Shown here one piece after another: positions 9,374-17,541 of a stretch of DNA of 24,331 nt. Origin of the DNA: Candidatus Helarchaeota ASGARD archaeon Hel_GB_B. GTDB lineage: Archaea; Asgardarchaeota; Lokiarchaeia; Helarchaeales; HEL-GB-B. The position numbers and the translations under genes were made by a program. The notes under the pieces are model-generated. The model made no database searches. It saw nothing but the letters and a program-made list of their open reading frames with translations, and was not told where the DNA came from. Position 1 is the first letter of the stretch. Each line of letters opens with the position of its first letter. The stretch covers positions 1 through 24,331 of the forward strand of contig SUPR01000051.1 in assembly GCA_005191425.1 (NCBI GenBank). Direction: 5' to 3'.

Positions 9374-10372
9374 ATGCTTTCTATTGGTAAAATTCCTAAT
9401 GATATTTTAAAGAAAATTATTTTTAAATATCTGGGAGCTAAAAATAATGACATTATTGATGGCCCACATATCAGCGGCGATTCTGCAGTTGTAAACTTCC
9501 AAAAAAATAATTATATTGCTCTAAAATCCGATCCTATTACAGGTGCATTTGAAAACATTGGTAAACATGCTATCATCGTTAATTCAAATGATATAGCTGC
9601 CCGAGGAGGTATCCCAAAATTCTTTCTAGCAACTATTTTACTTCCACCTGGAAGTACTATTGACGATTTAGAACAAATTTCCAAAGACCTACATGTTACT
9701 GCTCTTAAATTAAATATCTCAATAATTGGTGGACATTCAGAAGTTACAAATGCAGTTAAAAGTCCTATTGTTTTGGGTGTTATGGCTGGAGAAATCAAAA
9801 AAGATAGGTTCTTGGACGCAAAAAATATAGAAGTGGGCGATAAAATAATCTTAACTAAAAGCATTGGAATTGAAGGGTGTTCAGTAATTGCAAATGATCA
9901 TTACAACCTAATAAAAGACCAAATAAATAGTAATGTCATAAATAAAGCAAAAAAATTGATCGATAAAATTAGTATTTTACAAGAAGCTCAAATTGCTCTA
10001 AAAAATGAGGGTTTAAAATTTATGCATGACCCCACTGAAGGCGGATTACTTGGTGGTATTATAGAATTATGTAGTTTAATTAATAAAGGTTTTATTTTAT
10101 ATGAATCTGATATTCCTATTTATGATTATATTGATTTAATTTGTAAAAAATTAGAGATCAATCCTTTAAGACTTTTAAGCAGCGGCGCATTAATAATAAT
10201 ATGTAAACCAGAATATTGCAATAAGATGTTAAATGACATTAGTAATTCTGGTATAAATGCAAAAATAATAGGAGAAATTACCGAATCGGGTTATAAAATA
10301 AAATTAAAAAATGGAAAAATCAAAAATGTCAACCCAGATACTCATGAAGAATTATGGAACATAGATCAATAA
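9374..10372 (+). CDS. AIR synthase-related family protein (PurM/HypE/ThiL-like ATP-binding fold)
   Basis: GKIP..IL start, GP...GDSAV, KSDPITGA, NDIAARGG, IIGGHSEVT, LTKSIGIEG, MHDPTEGGLLG and SSGALII motifs. Confidence 0.85.
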   Translation: MLSIGKIPNDILKKIIFKYLGAKNNDIIDGPHISGDSAVVNFQKNNYIALKSDPITGAFENIGKHAIIVNSNDIAARGGIPKFFLATILLPPGSTIDDLEQISKDLHVTALKLNISIIGGHSEVTNAVKSPIVLGVMAGEIKKDRFLDAKNIEVGDKIILTKSIGIEGCSVIANDHYNLIKDQINSNVINKAKKLIDKISILQEAQIALKNEGLKFMHDPTEGGLLGGIIELCSLINKGFILYESDIPIYDYIDLICKKLEINPLRLLSSGALIIICKPEYCNKMLNDISNSGINAKIIGEITESGYKIKLKNGKIKNVNPDTHEELWNIDQ

Positions 10373-10474
10373 TTTTTAACTTAATTTTTTATTTTTATCG
10401 GATAATTCAACATATCACTTATTGTAAATTTACAAAATTACTAAATAAATAATACCAATATTTGAATTCCTAAT

Positions 10475-10536
10475 TTTATCAATTTAAATTTACTTTTTAA
10501 ATACCCTCTCTTTATCAATTTAAATTTACTTTTTAA
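10475..10536 (+). repeat. Perfect 26-bp direct repeat (TTTATCAATTTAAATTTACTTTTTAA x2) upstream of cdc6
   Basis: Copies at 10475-10500 and 10511-10536 are separated by ATACCCTCTC. Each contains the palindrome AATTTAAATT. Confidence 0.85.
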
Positions 10537-10569
10537 TAAATAATAATAAATGTGGTTAGATGAAGAGAA

Positions 10570-11445
10570 TTGAAGACACTATTTGAAAATGAGATAAACA
10601 AATTCACAATTTTTAAGGATGAAACAAAAATTAACTTAGATTATATTCCACCAAAATTATTACATCGTGAAAAAGAGATTTCATATCTCTGGAATCATTT
10701 TAAAATTTTAATATCAAGTCCTAAATTAGCTTCCCCAAGTGTATTAATAACAGGAAAAAATGGTGTGGGGAAAACAGTTTTAGTTAAAACATTCGGAATT
10801 AAAATTGAAAAATTAGCCAAAATATATAATGTTAAATTAAAATTTATTCATATTAATTGTAAAATTGAGGCAAGTGCCTATCAAATAATTTTGAAATTAT
10901 TAGAAAGTATTAATATTTCTATTCCACATCGAGGTTTTAGTTTTTATGAACTGTTTGATCTACTAAAAAATGAGCTTGAAATAAGAGACCAAACTCTTCT
11001 TATTACATTAGATGAGATTGATTCTTTAAAAAGGAAAGATTATAAATTATTATATTCTCTATTGAAGTTTAACGAAAATAAAATCAATTCAAAACATTTA
11101 ATATCAATTATCGCTATATCAAATGATTTAAAATTCATTAACAATATTGACGGCGATATAAAAGGCATTTTTCTAACTCATAATATTAAAATTAAGCCAT
11201 TCTCTCAAAAAGAATTATTTGATATATTGAAAGATCGTGTTAATGAAGCATTTTTTATTGGTTCAGTTCCTGATCAAATTATTAAAAAAATTTCCGAATG
11301 GTGCGCCCCTAAAAATGATATTAAAATAGCTCTAAATATACTTAAAACAGTCGGAAAAATTGCAGAACAATCAAATTCATTTAATATCAATTCTAATTTT
11401 CTAAATAAGGCATTTCAAAATTTCGAGAAAATATGTGTTTATTAA
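10570..11445 (+). CDS. cdc6: Cdc6/Orc1-family AAA+ protein lacking the C-terminal winged-helix domain
   Basis: IFKDETKINLDYIPPKLLHREKEI N-terminus, Walker A GKNGVGKT, FIHINC and Walker B LDEID. The protein is only 291 aa and ends shortly after the sensor-2 helix. Confidence 0.85.
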   Translation: MKTLFENEINKFTIFKDETKINLDYIPPKLLHREKEISYLWNHFKILISSPKLASPSVLITGKNGVGKTVLVKTFGIKIEKLAKIYNVKLKFIHINCKIEASAYQIILKLLESINISIPHRGFSFYELFDLLKNELEIRDQTLLITLDEIDSLKRKDYKLLYSLLKFNENKINSKHLISIIAISNDLKFINNIDGDIKGIFLTHNIKIKPFSQKELFDILKDRVNEAFFIGSVPDQIIKKISEWCAPKNDIKIALNILKTVGKIAEQSNSFNINSNFLNKAFQNFEKICVY

Positions 11446-11467
11446 GTATTGTATTTAAAAAATTAAA

Positions 11468-11767
11468 GTGAATAAAATGTTAATTGAGAAAAAAACTCAA
11501 GAATCTATCCAAATAGAAGATATTTTTTCTTCTAAAGGTCGAATTAAAATTATAAAACTACTTGCAAAAGAAAACGAACTTAATATTAGCGAAATAATTA
11601 GACGGACAAGGTTAAATCACAATATAACTACCAAACATTTAAAAGTATTAAAAGATGCCAATATTCTACAAGAGAAAATTTATGGTCGAATAAAAATCTA
11701 CAGATTTAGAAATGAGGATTTTAAAGTAAAGGCAATAAAAAATTTAATTGAAATTTGGGACGATTAA
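11468..11767 (+). CDS. Small winged-helix (ArsR-like) DNA-binding protein
   Basis: IFSSKGRIKIIKLL...ELNISEIIRRTRLNH.....HLKVL....IL.EK.YGRIKIY is an ArsR-type wHTH pattern. The start may be ATG 11477. Confidence 0.85.
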   Translation: MNKMLIEKKTQESIQIEDIFSSKGRIKIIKLLAKENELNISEIIRRTRLNHNITTKHLKVLKDANILQEKIYGRIKIYRFRNEDFKVKAIKNLIEIWDD

Positions 11768-11971
11768 ATAGTTTAAAAAGTTTTTATTTTTATTACATTT
11801 ATTATTTAACTTAATTTTATTATCTTATTTTCACATCATTAATTTATTTGTTCCAAATTATTATAAGTGTTCAAATTGAGAAATGCGATTTGGGGAGTTT
11901 AAATATAATTTAGTATAAAAAATTGGCGATTGAGTTAAAATTCTATAATTTCATTTAAAGAGGCAAATATA

Positions 11972-12943
11972 ATGGACGAAATTTTACGTGAAATAAAGAC
12001 GGGTCTAGACAGAATAAAATCAATAACTGGAGTAGAAAATGTTGTTCTTACTCAGAGAGATGGTCAACCTATAGAATCATCAGGTGTATGGTTATCAAAA
12101 AACGAAATTTTCGGAGTTTGCTCAATTGTAAGCGCAGTTTTCAATGTTGCGGAGCAGATTCATTCAAATAATTTAAATTATTTATTAATCGATGGCGAAC
12201 GAGCAAAAATATTAATTGCACCTATAAATACATGGCGTTATGACAAAAATAAGGCAAATTTTAATGGTAATTTTAAATCTGAATACTTTTTAACAATTAC
12301 AGCCAGACTTAAAGTGAATTTAGGGGCAATAATGATATCTATGAAAGATACCTTACTGTCCATGGCTAGAATAATTTATGATTCAGGAAAAGAATTTAAG
12401 CCACCATTAAGAGCATATGACGAAGATGAACTTAAACGCATTTTAACAAGTTTTAATGTTAAAGAAGATGAAATAACAAATACTAAAATCGAATCGAATA
12501 ATATTCAAATAGATGAAAAATTATCAAATAAAATCAGAGATTGTATCTTTGATTTCTCAAAAAACGTCCCAGGTGTTAAATTAGCTAGCATTGCAATAAA
12601 TGGAGGATACCCCTTATTAAATGTAACACTAGATTCAAACAACCTCCAAGGTGAAGGTGCGTTAAGCTATTCATTATATGATACAAGTAAAAGAATTATT
12701 AATACTCTTAAAAAGACTCCCATTAATAACGTTTTATGTGAATGTACTAATTATTCCCATTTTATTTATGGAATTCAAAATGGGATTTTCAGCACTTTTA
12801 TTTCAAATGGTCAAAAAAGACTTGGACTTTTAAGATTATTAATACCTCAATACGTAAACTGGCTGTCTGAATATATGAACGAAGCTACAAAATTGGAAAC
12901 GCCTGTGCTCGAAATTAAAAATATTTTTGATGAACTTATATAA
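11972..12943 (+). CDS. Tandem roadblock/LAMTOR (MglB-like) domain protein
   Basis: Two roadblock-like units: LDRIKSITGVENVVLTQRDGQPI...SAVFNVAEQI...YLLIDGERAKILIAPI and FSKNVPGVKLASIAINGGYPL...SLYDTSKRII...VLCEC...HFIYGI...LGLLRL. Confidence 0.75.
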   Translation: MDEILREIKTGLDRIKSITGVENVVLTQRDGQPIESSGVWLSKNEIFGVCSIVSAVFNVAEQIHSNNLNYLLIDGERAKILIAPINTWRYDKNKANFNGNFKSEYFLTITARLKVNLGAIMISMKDTLLSMARIIYDSGKEFKPPLRAYDEDELKRILTSFNVKEDEITNTKIESNNIQIDEKLSNKIRDCIFDFSKNVPGVKLASIAINGGYPLLNVTLDSNNLQGEGALSYSLYDTSKRIINTLKKTPINNVLCECTNYSHFIYGIQNGIFSTFISNGQKRLGLLRLLIPQYVNWLSEYMNEATKLETPVLEIKNIFDELI

Positions 12944-12956
12944 ATAAAATTGAGAT

Positions 12957-13871
12957 GTGTTCAATTTGGAGTCAAGTTATTCTTTAAAAGATTTAATAAA
13001 TTTGCTGAATAAAGAAAATTTTTCTAAAATGCTAAGGGCATTATTAAATAGGATCCCAATATTTGTAATAGGAAATGAGTCAATTCAAATAGATAGAATT
13101 GTTAATAGCATTATAAAGTTAGTCCCTCATAGGCATGAAATGGTGTATTGGAATGATTTTATTGAAAATGATGAGGCACATCGATTATTTTCAGAAGAAG
13201 ATGCTGATTATAATGTAAGAAGATTGGTTATTTCTTCACTAACTAATGCTACTCCACATGCTCTTAGAAAAATCAAATCTTTTAAAGGATGGGTACTTGG
13301 TTATCTCGCAAAGAATAAGAGTTTTAATGAAATATTGAATGAATTAAAATTAATGTTGGAACAATCCATATTTTTATTGATCTATAAAAATGGTATAGAA
13401 TTAATAACTCATGGTTTTGAATGGAATGGGCTTAATTTAAATTTTGAGAAAAATATTATTCAAAAATCTATCATAGAAACAGAGGTCGCATTAGAAAAAA
13501 TGAACCGTGTTTTAAGAAAAAAAGTAAAATCAAAAAAAGTACCATCTACACAAATGCTCAATGCTATTCTAAATTTTGATTCTGAAGAAGCCAAAATAAG
13601 ACAAAATATATACAATCAAAAAATAGAAGAATTCGTTCAGGCAAGCCTTAGGGCGCTTGCAATTTTGACACGTATCGAACTTCTTCAAGAATTGGGTTTT
13701 AATATTCAAATCTCAGAAAAAACACTTTTTAAAACGATTGATTATTATGAAGTTGACCATAAAAGATTAATTGACTTTTTAAAATTCGAATATGGTATTG
13801 ATTTTTCAAAATGTATTGGGACTGGAATGAAGATCGCTATTGGTGATGTTATCGAATCTAAATGGGGTTAA
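12957..13871 (+). CDS. Hypothetical protein, possibly DENN-core-like
   Basis: A 304-aa ORF closely spaced between the roadblock and GTPase genes (13 and 15 nt gaps). The N-terminal LRALLNRIPIFVIG...IDRIVNSIIKLVPHRHEMVY loosely recalls the cDENN core pattern. The fold is a guess; the gene itself is well supported. Confidence 0.7.
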   Translation: MFNLESSYSLKDLINLLNKENFSKMLRALLNRIPIFVIGNESIQIDRIVNSIIKLVPHRHEMVYWNDFIENDEAHRLFSEEDADYNVRRLVISSLTNATPHALRKIKSFKGWVLGYLAKNKSFNEILNELKLMLEQSIFLLIYKNGIELITHGFEWNGLNLNFEKNIIQKSIIETEVALEKMNRVLRKKVKSKKVPSTQMLNAILNFDSEEAKIRQNIYNQKIEEFVQASLRALAILTRIELLQELGFNIQISEKTLFKTIDYYEVDHKRLIDFLKFEYGIDFSKCIGTGMKIAIGDVIESKWG

Positions 13872-13886
13872 GGAGTTGAGATTTAA

Positions 13887-14450
13887 ATGATAGTTGATTA
13901 TGGAAAACACTTATTGATGTTTAAAATTGTTTGGTGGGGTCCAGCAATGTCTGGAAAGTCCACTTCTGTTAGATATTTGTTCGAAAAATATAATAAACTA
14001 GAAAATTTAAAATCTATTGAAACTGGAGCTGGAAGGACTTTATTTTTTGATTATGGTGATTTAACTTTCATTAAAGGTAATTGGAATATAAAAATTAATA
14101 TATGGACATGTACAGGTCAGAACTTTTACGCAGAAACAAGACCTACAGTATTAAATGGAGCTGATGGACTAATTTTTATTGCTGATGCACAGCGAAATTT
14201 ATTGAATGATAATATTGAAAGCTGGAATGAATTAAAAAACCTATTAGGAAACAAAATAACTGAAATCCCAATTATATTTTGCTTAAATAAAGTAGATTTA
14301 AACGGTAATAACAAATTACTGACTATTTCTGAACTAAAACAGCACTTTAAATTAAACAAAAATGCAATAATTTTTGAAACTGTCGCAATTAATGGAAGAA
14401 ATGTATTTGAATCTTTTGTTAGCTTGTTAAACAAAATCCAAAGAGGTTAA
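13887..14450 (+). CDS. MglA-like small GTPase
   Basis: KIVWWGPAMSGKST (G1), GRTLFFDY (MglA RTLFFDF signature), WTCTGQNFY (MglA-type TxxGQ G3), GADGLIFIADAQ, NKVD (G4) and ETVAING (G5). AGGAG lies upstream. Confidence 0.88.
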   Translation: MIVDYGKHLLMFKIVWWGPAMSGKSTSVRYLFEKYNKLENLKSIETGAGRTLFFDYGDLTFIKGNWNIKINIWTCTGQNFYAETRPTVLNGADGLIFIADAQRNLLNDNIESWNELKNLLGNKITEIPIIFCLNKVDLNGNNKLLTISELKQHFKLNKNAIIFETVAINGRNVFESFVSLLNKIQRG

Positions 14451-14480
14451 TTTAATTTAATCTTTAATGAGTGATAAAAT

Positions 14481-16286
14481 TTGAGTAAAAAATCAAAGGT
14501 TTCTATATGTATTTTATTCTATATTGTTCTTATTCCTATATTTTCAGTTTCATTTCCAACAATTATTCATGAGCATCTTTATAAAAACCACATGACTCAG
14601 ATTAGACCATCAAATACTTCTCCGTGGGGTGATATTCAAATCTTTAATGTAATTTTAAACAAAACAATAATCGAACTCGGAGAAGGAATTCTAATTAATG
14701 CTAGTTATAGAATTGTATTAAATCCAAATTGGAGTATACACCATATATTATTTGGGATTAAAAGTGATCGAAAATTATTAGGGGAATATATGCAAAAAAT
14801 TTGTGGAAACCTGGTTAATATTTCTAAAACATTTTATTTTGACCCTTATTTAATAAATATTTCACAGGATTTCTATGGCTACCTCGAAATTGTAGCATTT
14901 AACGATATTAATCCTTCTAATAAAGTTACCATTGTAAATAAATCTTTAGAAAGCATATATTTTGAAAAAGCACATGTCAATTGTGAAATCATTTATCAAT
15001 ATCCTGAATTGATTTTCTCGTCAGATGATACTTTTTTTTCATTCCAATTTACAAATGCTATTAACAATACATTTGCATTTTCAAATGAAAAAGTCTTATT
15101 TGAGTTGGAAGGTGAAAATATTTCATATTATACAAGATATACCGATGAAGATGGAATCATTAATATTACATTAAACACAAGTAAAGCAGGTACCCACTTA
15201 TGTTATTTATATATTTATATTAATGAAACATTCGTATACTTAAATTACTTTAAAAAATATACTTTTCAAATAACTGACGAATCAGCAGCTTTTCATTTTT
15301 CAGTAGATAATGCTGATAACCTTTATGTTAATACTGGTTTTAATGACTCATTTTCAAATATTGAAATTCATGCTTTTTGTAATTTTAATGCCAAAGTATA
15401 TTGGAATTCATCAAACGGTCTTATCGAACTTACTGATAAAATTAATAATAATTATTATAAAACAATAAAGACTCCTACATTTACATGTGAATTTCCAATT
15501 AACTTAATTGCAGTCCCTGAAATTCCTGGAAATAACCTTTCAATAACTAAATACTACGAAATAAAAAAGAGACCAATAAACATTTTTTACCAAATTTTAC
15601 GTCATTTCACAAATCAGAAAGCATTTATGTTTAATATTTCAATTTTAGATAATTTAACTCATAATAAAATAAAATATGGAAATATTTCTATTTCATATTA
15701 TGATTTTTCTGTTAATAACTGGTCGTTAATTAATAAAATAAATCTAAAAAATAATTATGATCTTCCTTTATGGACAATTCCTGAAAATTATAATCTTTCT
15801 AAGATATTTTTTAAAATTGAGCTGAAAAACAATAGCAAATTTGATAATTGGTCTACTATGGTTAATATTACCCCTCCAATTTTAAGGTCATTTCAAAATA
15901 CTAACTTTTATCCTCTCTCCACCAATATTACTTTAAAATATCAACTAAAATTCATAAATGGAACTCCAATAATAAATCAATCAATATCTATTTGGATAGG
16001 TAATAAATATCTATCTCTAAATACAGATTCTGAAGGATATATTGAATTCACATATTTAACACCCGCAGCTTCCGTGAAAATTCCAGTTCGCATTTTGTAT
16101 GAGGGAAACAATGAATGTTCATTAACAACATTTCAAGAAACATTAATAATTAAGATGGACATGGAGCAGCGTCTATTCTACAATTCCGGATATATTGTTG
16201 CTTTTATTATTCTTAGTTTCGGGACTGTCTTAACAATTTCAAAAATTAAAAGGCCCAAAACGATATCTGATATTAAAGTAAAATAA
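14481..16286 (+). CDS. Membrane-anchored extracellular protein with probable Ig-like domains
   Basis: N-terminal hydrophobic segment (ICILFYIVLIPIFSVSF), C-terminal TM (YIVAFIILSFGTVLTI) and a basic tail. Two TD-x-x-G-x-I motifs (YTDEDGII, NTDSEGYI) and many N-x-S/T sequons. TTG start. Confidence 0.75.
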   Translation: MSKKSKVSICILFYIVLIPIFSVSFPTIIHEHLYKNHMTQIRPSNTSPWGDIQIFNVILNKTIIELGEGILINASYRIVLNPNWSIHHILFGIKSDRKLLGEYMQKICGNLVNISKTFYFDPYLINISQDFYGYLEIVAFNDINPSNKVTIVNKSLESIYFEKAHVNCEIIYQYPELIFSSDDTFFSFQFTNAINNTFAFSNEKVLFELEGENISYYTRYTDEDGIINITLNTSKAGTHLCYLYIYINETFVYLNYFKKYTFQITDESAAFHFSVDNADNLYVNTGFNDSFSNIEIHAFCNFNAKVYWNSSNGLIELTDKINNNYYKTIKTPTFTCEFPINLIAVPEIPGNNLSITKYYEIKKRPINIFYQILRHFTNQKAFMFNISILDNLTHNKIKYGNISISYYDFSVNNWSLINKINLKNNYDLPLWTIPENYNLSKIFFKIELKNNSKFDNWSTMVNITPPILRSFQNTNFYPLSTNITLKYQLKFINGTPIINQSISIWIGNKYLSLNTDSEGYIEFTYLTPAASVKIPVRILYEGNNECSLTTFQETLIIKMDMEQRLFYNSGYIVAFIILSFGTVLTISKIKRPKTISDIKVK

Positions 16287-16341
16287 ACTTTTCTTATTTT
16301 TAATTTAAATGTAAAGACAAAACTATTTTAGAAAAAAAAAC

Positions 16342-16584
16342 GTGAAATTTATGTTTTATATAATTATTTTAATCATTTGGGGTTCAGAAATGGTAATAAT
16401 CCCATATTGTAGTGATGTTTCATCGTTACTTATTGCAAGTACCCCCTATTTCATCACCCTCCCCATAATTTTATCTTTTCTTAATATAATTCCTAATTTT
16501 ATCAAAAATTTCATAATTGTTTTAGGATTAATTCTAGCATTAATTATAATTTATCAAATAATTAGCATTACATTTTTTTCATAA
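16342..16584 (+). CDS. Small hydrophobic membrane protein (hypothetical)
   Basis: An 80-aa ORF filling the gap between flanking genes, with 2-3 hydrophobic stretches. I found no competing ORF on the minus strand. The start is uncertain. Confidence 0.45.
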   Translation: MKFMFYIIILIIWGSEMVIIPYCSDVSSLLIASTPYFITLPIILSFLNIIPNFIKNFIIVLGLILALIIIYQIISITFFS

Positions 16585-16609
16585 AAATTTCATAATTTGT
16601 TTTTAATAA

Positions 16610-16903
16610 CTAACCTCCATGTGTAATCGGGATGAAAATTACTGTATCTCCCTTATTGATTATTGTATTTTCTTCCTCTAAAGCAGAAATATCTATGTCA
16701 TTTATTAAAATTAGAACTTTTGTAAAAAATTCATCAATATTACTTACAAATGATTTTAACTCTTCTTCTCTATTATTTAACTTACAATAATCGAATAAAT
16801 AACGAACTATCTCTCTAATATTCTTGTTTAATCCTAAATATTCTAATTTACTAATTCCAAAAATATTTTTCAAAAAAGATTCAAAAATTAAATCGATACT
16901 CAT
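16610..16903 (-). CDS. Urm1/SAMP-type ubiquitin-like protein (MoaD/ThiS beta-grasp family)
   Basis: C-terminus VLILINDIDISAL...INKGDTVIFIPITHGG* ends in a free di-glycine. The LIND...HGG pattern is Urm1-like. Confidence 0.85.
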   Translation of the reverse strand: MSIDLIFESFLKNIFGISKLEYLGLNKNIREIVRYLFDYCKLNNREEELKSFVSNIDEFFTKVLILINDIDISALEEENTIINKGDTVIFIPITHGG

Positions 16904-16908
16904 ATTTA

Positions 16909-17151
16909 TTACTTAATATCATCTTCATATTCAACAGGTTTGGCATTTTCTAATTCTATTACCTTTTTTCTGGTAATATATCCTGCTATCCTGTTTCTCA
17001 ATGATTTTGATGGGACAATTGCAATTTGTTCCAATAAACGTTTGTTGATTTCAAAATCTGTAGAAAATTTATTTGGAAATTTTTCTAAGATATCATTTGC
17101 AAGTCTTTTTATTGTTTCAGTCCTAATTTTACCTATCTTAATAGCCTCCAT
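16909..17151 (-). CDS. rps17e: 30S ribosomal protein S17e
   Basis: GKIRTETIKRLA...FPNKFSTDFEINK...SKSLRNRIAGYITR. The start is uncertain: ATG 17151 or ATA 17136. Confidence 0.97.
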   Translation of the reverse strand: MEAIKIGKIRTETIKRLANDILEKFPNKFSTDFEINKRLLEQIAIVPSKSLRNRIAGYITRKKVIELENAKPVEYEDDIK

Positions 17152-17541
17152 TGGTTTGGCTTCTCATTATATAATGCTATTTAAATTGAATTTGTTAATA
17201 TTGAAAATGCTTATGGATTTTTTAAATTTTTTGTGTATTTAAGGTTGATAAATCATATTGTAAAAAATCAAAATTAAAAATATTTACAATTAGAAATCAA
17301 TCCTTTTTTGAAAAATATATTCTTAAACACTATTTATATATTTGTATAATCAATTTAAAATGAAATTATTACATTATAACACAAAATTATTAATAAATTT
17401 TATAAAATTCGCTAAATTTTTTATTAATATACTTTTTTTAGGTATTCAAAATTAGGTTATTCAATTTGAATTATTATAATATCCTTATTTTTAATTTCTA
17501 TTCTAATCTTGGAGCTTTTATATGATTTATAAGAATCATAA

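Noticed and set aside
11430-11480. Possible intron joining cdc6 to the downstream wHTH ORF
   Set aside because: No BHB pairing was found, and the wHTH protein looks like an independent ArsR-type gene.
11850-11896. ORB-like look-alike (TTCAAATTGAGAAATG...GGGG) downstream of cdc6/wHTH
   Set aside because: A single poor match to the ORB consensus with no inverted partner flanking an unwinding element.
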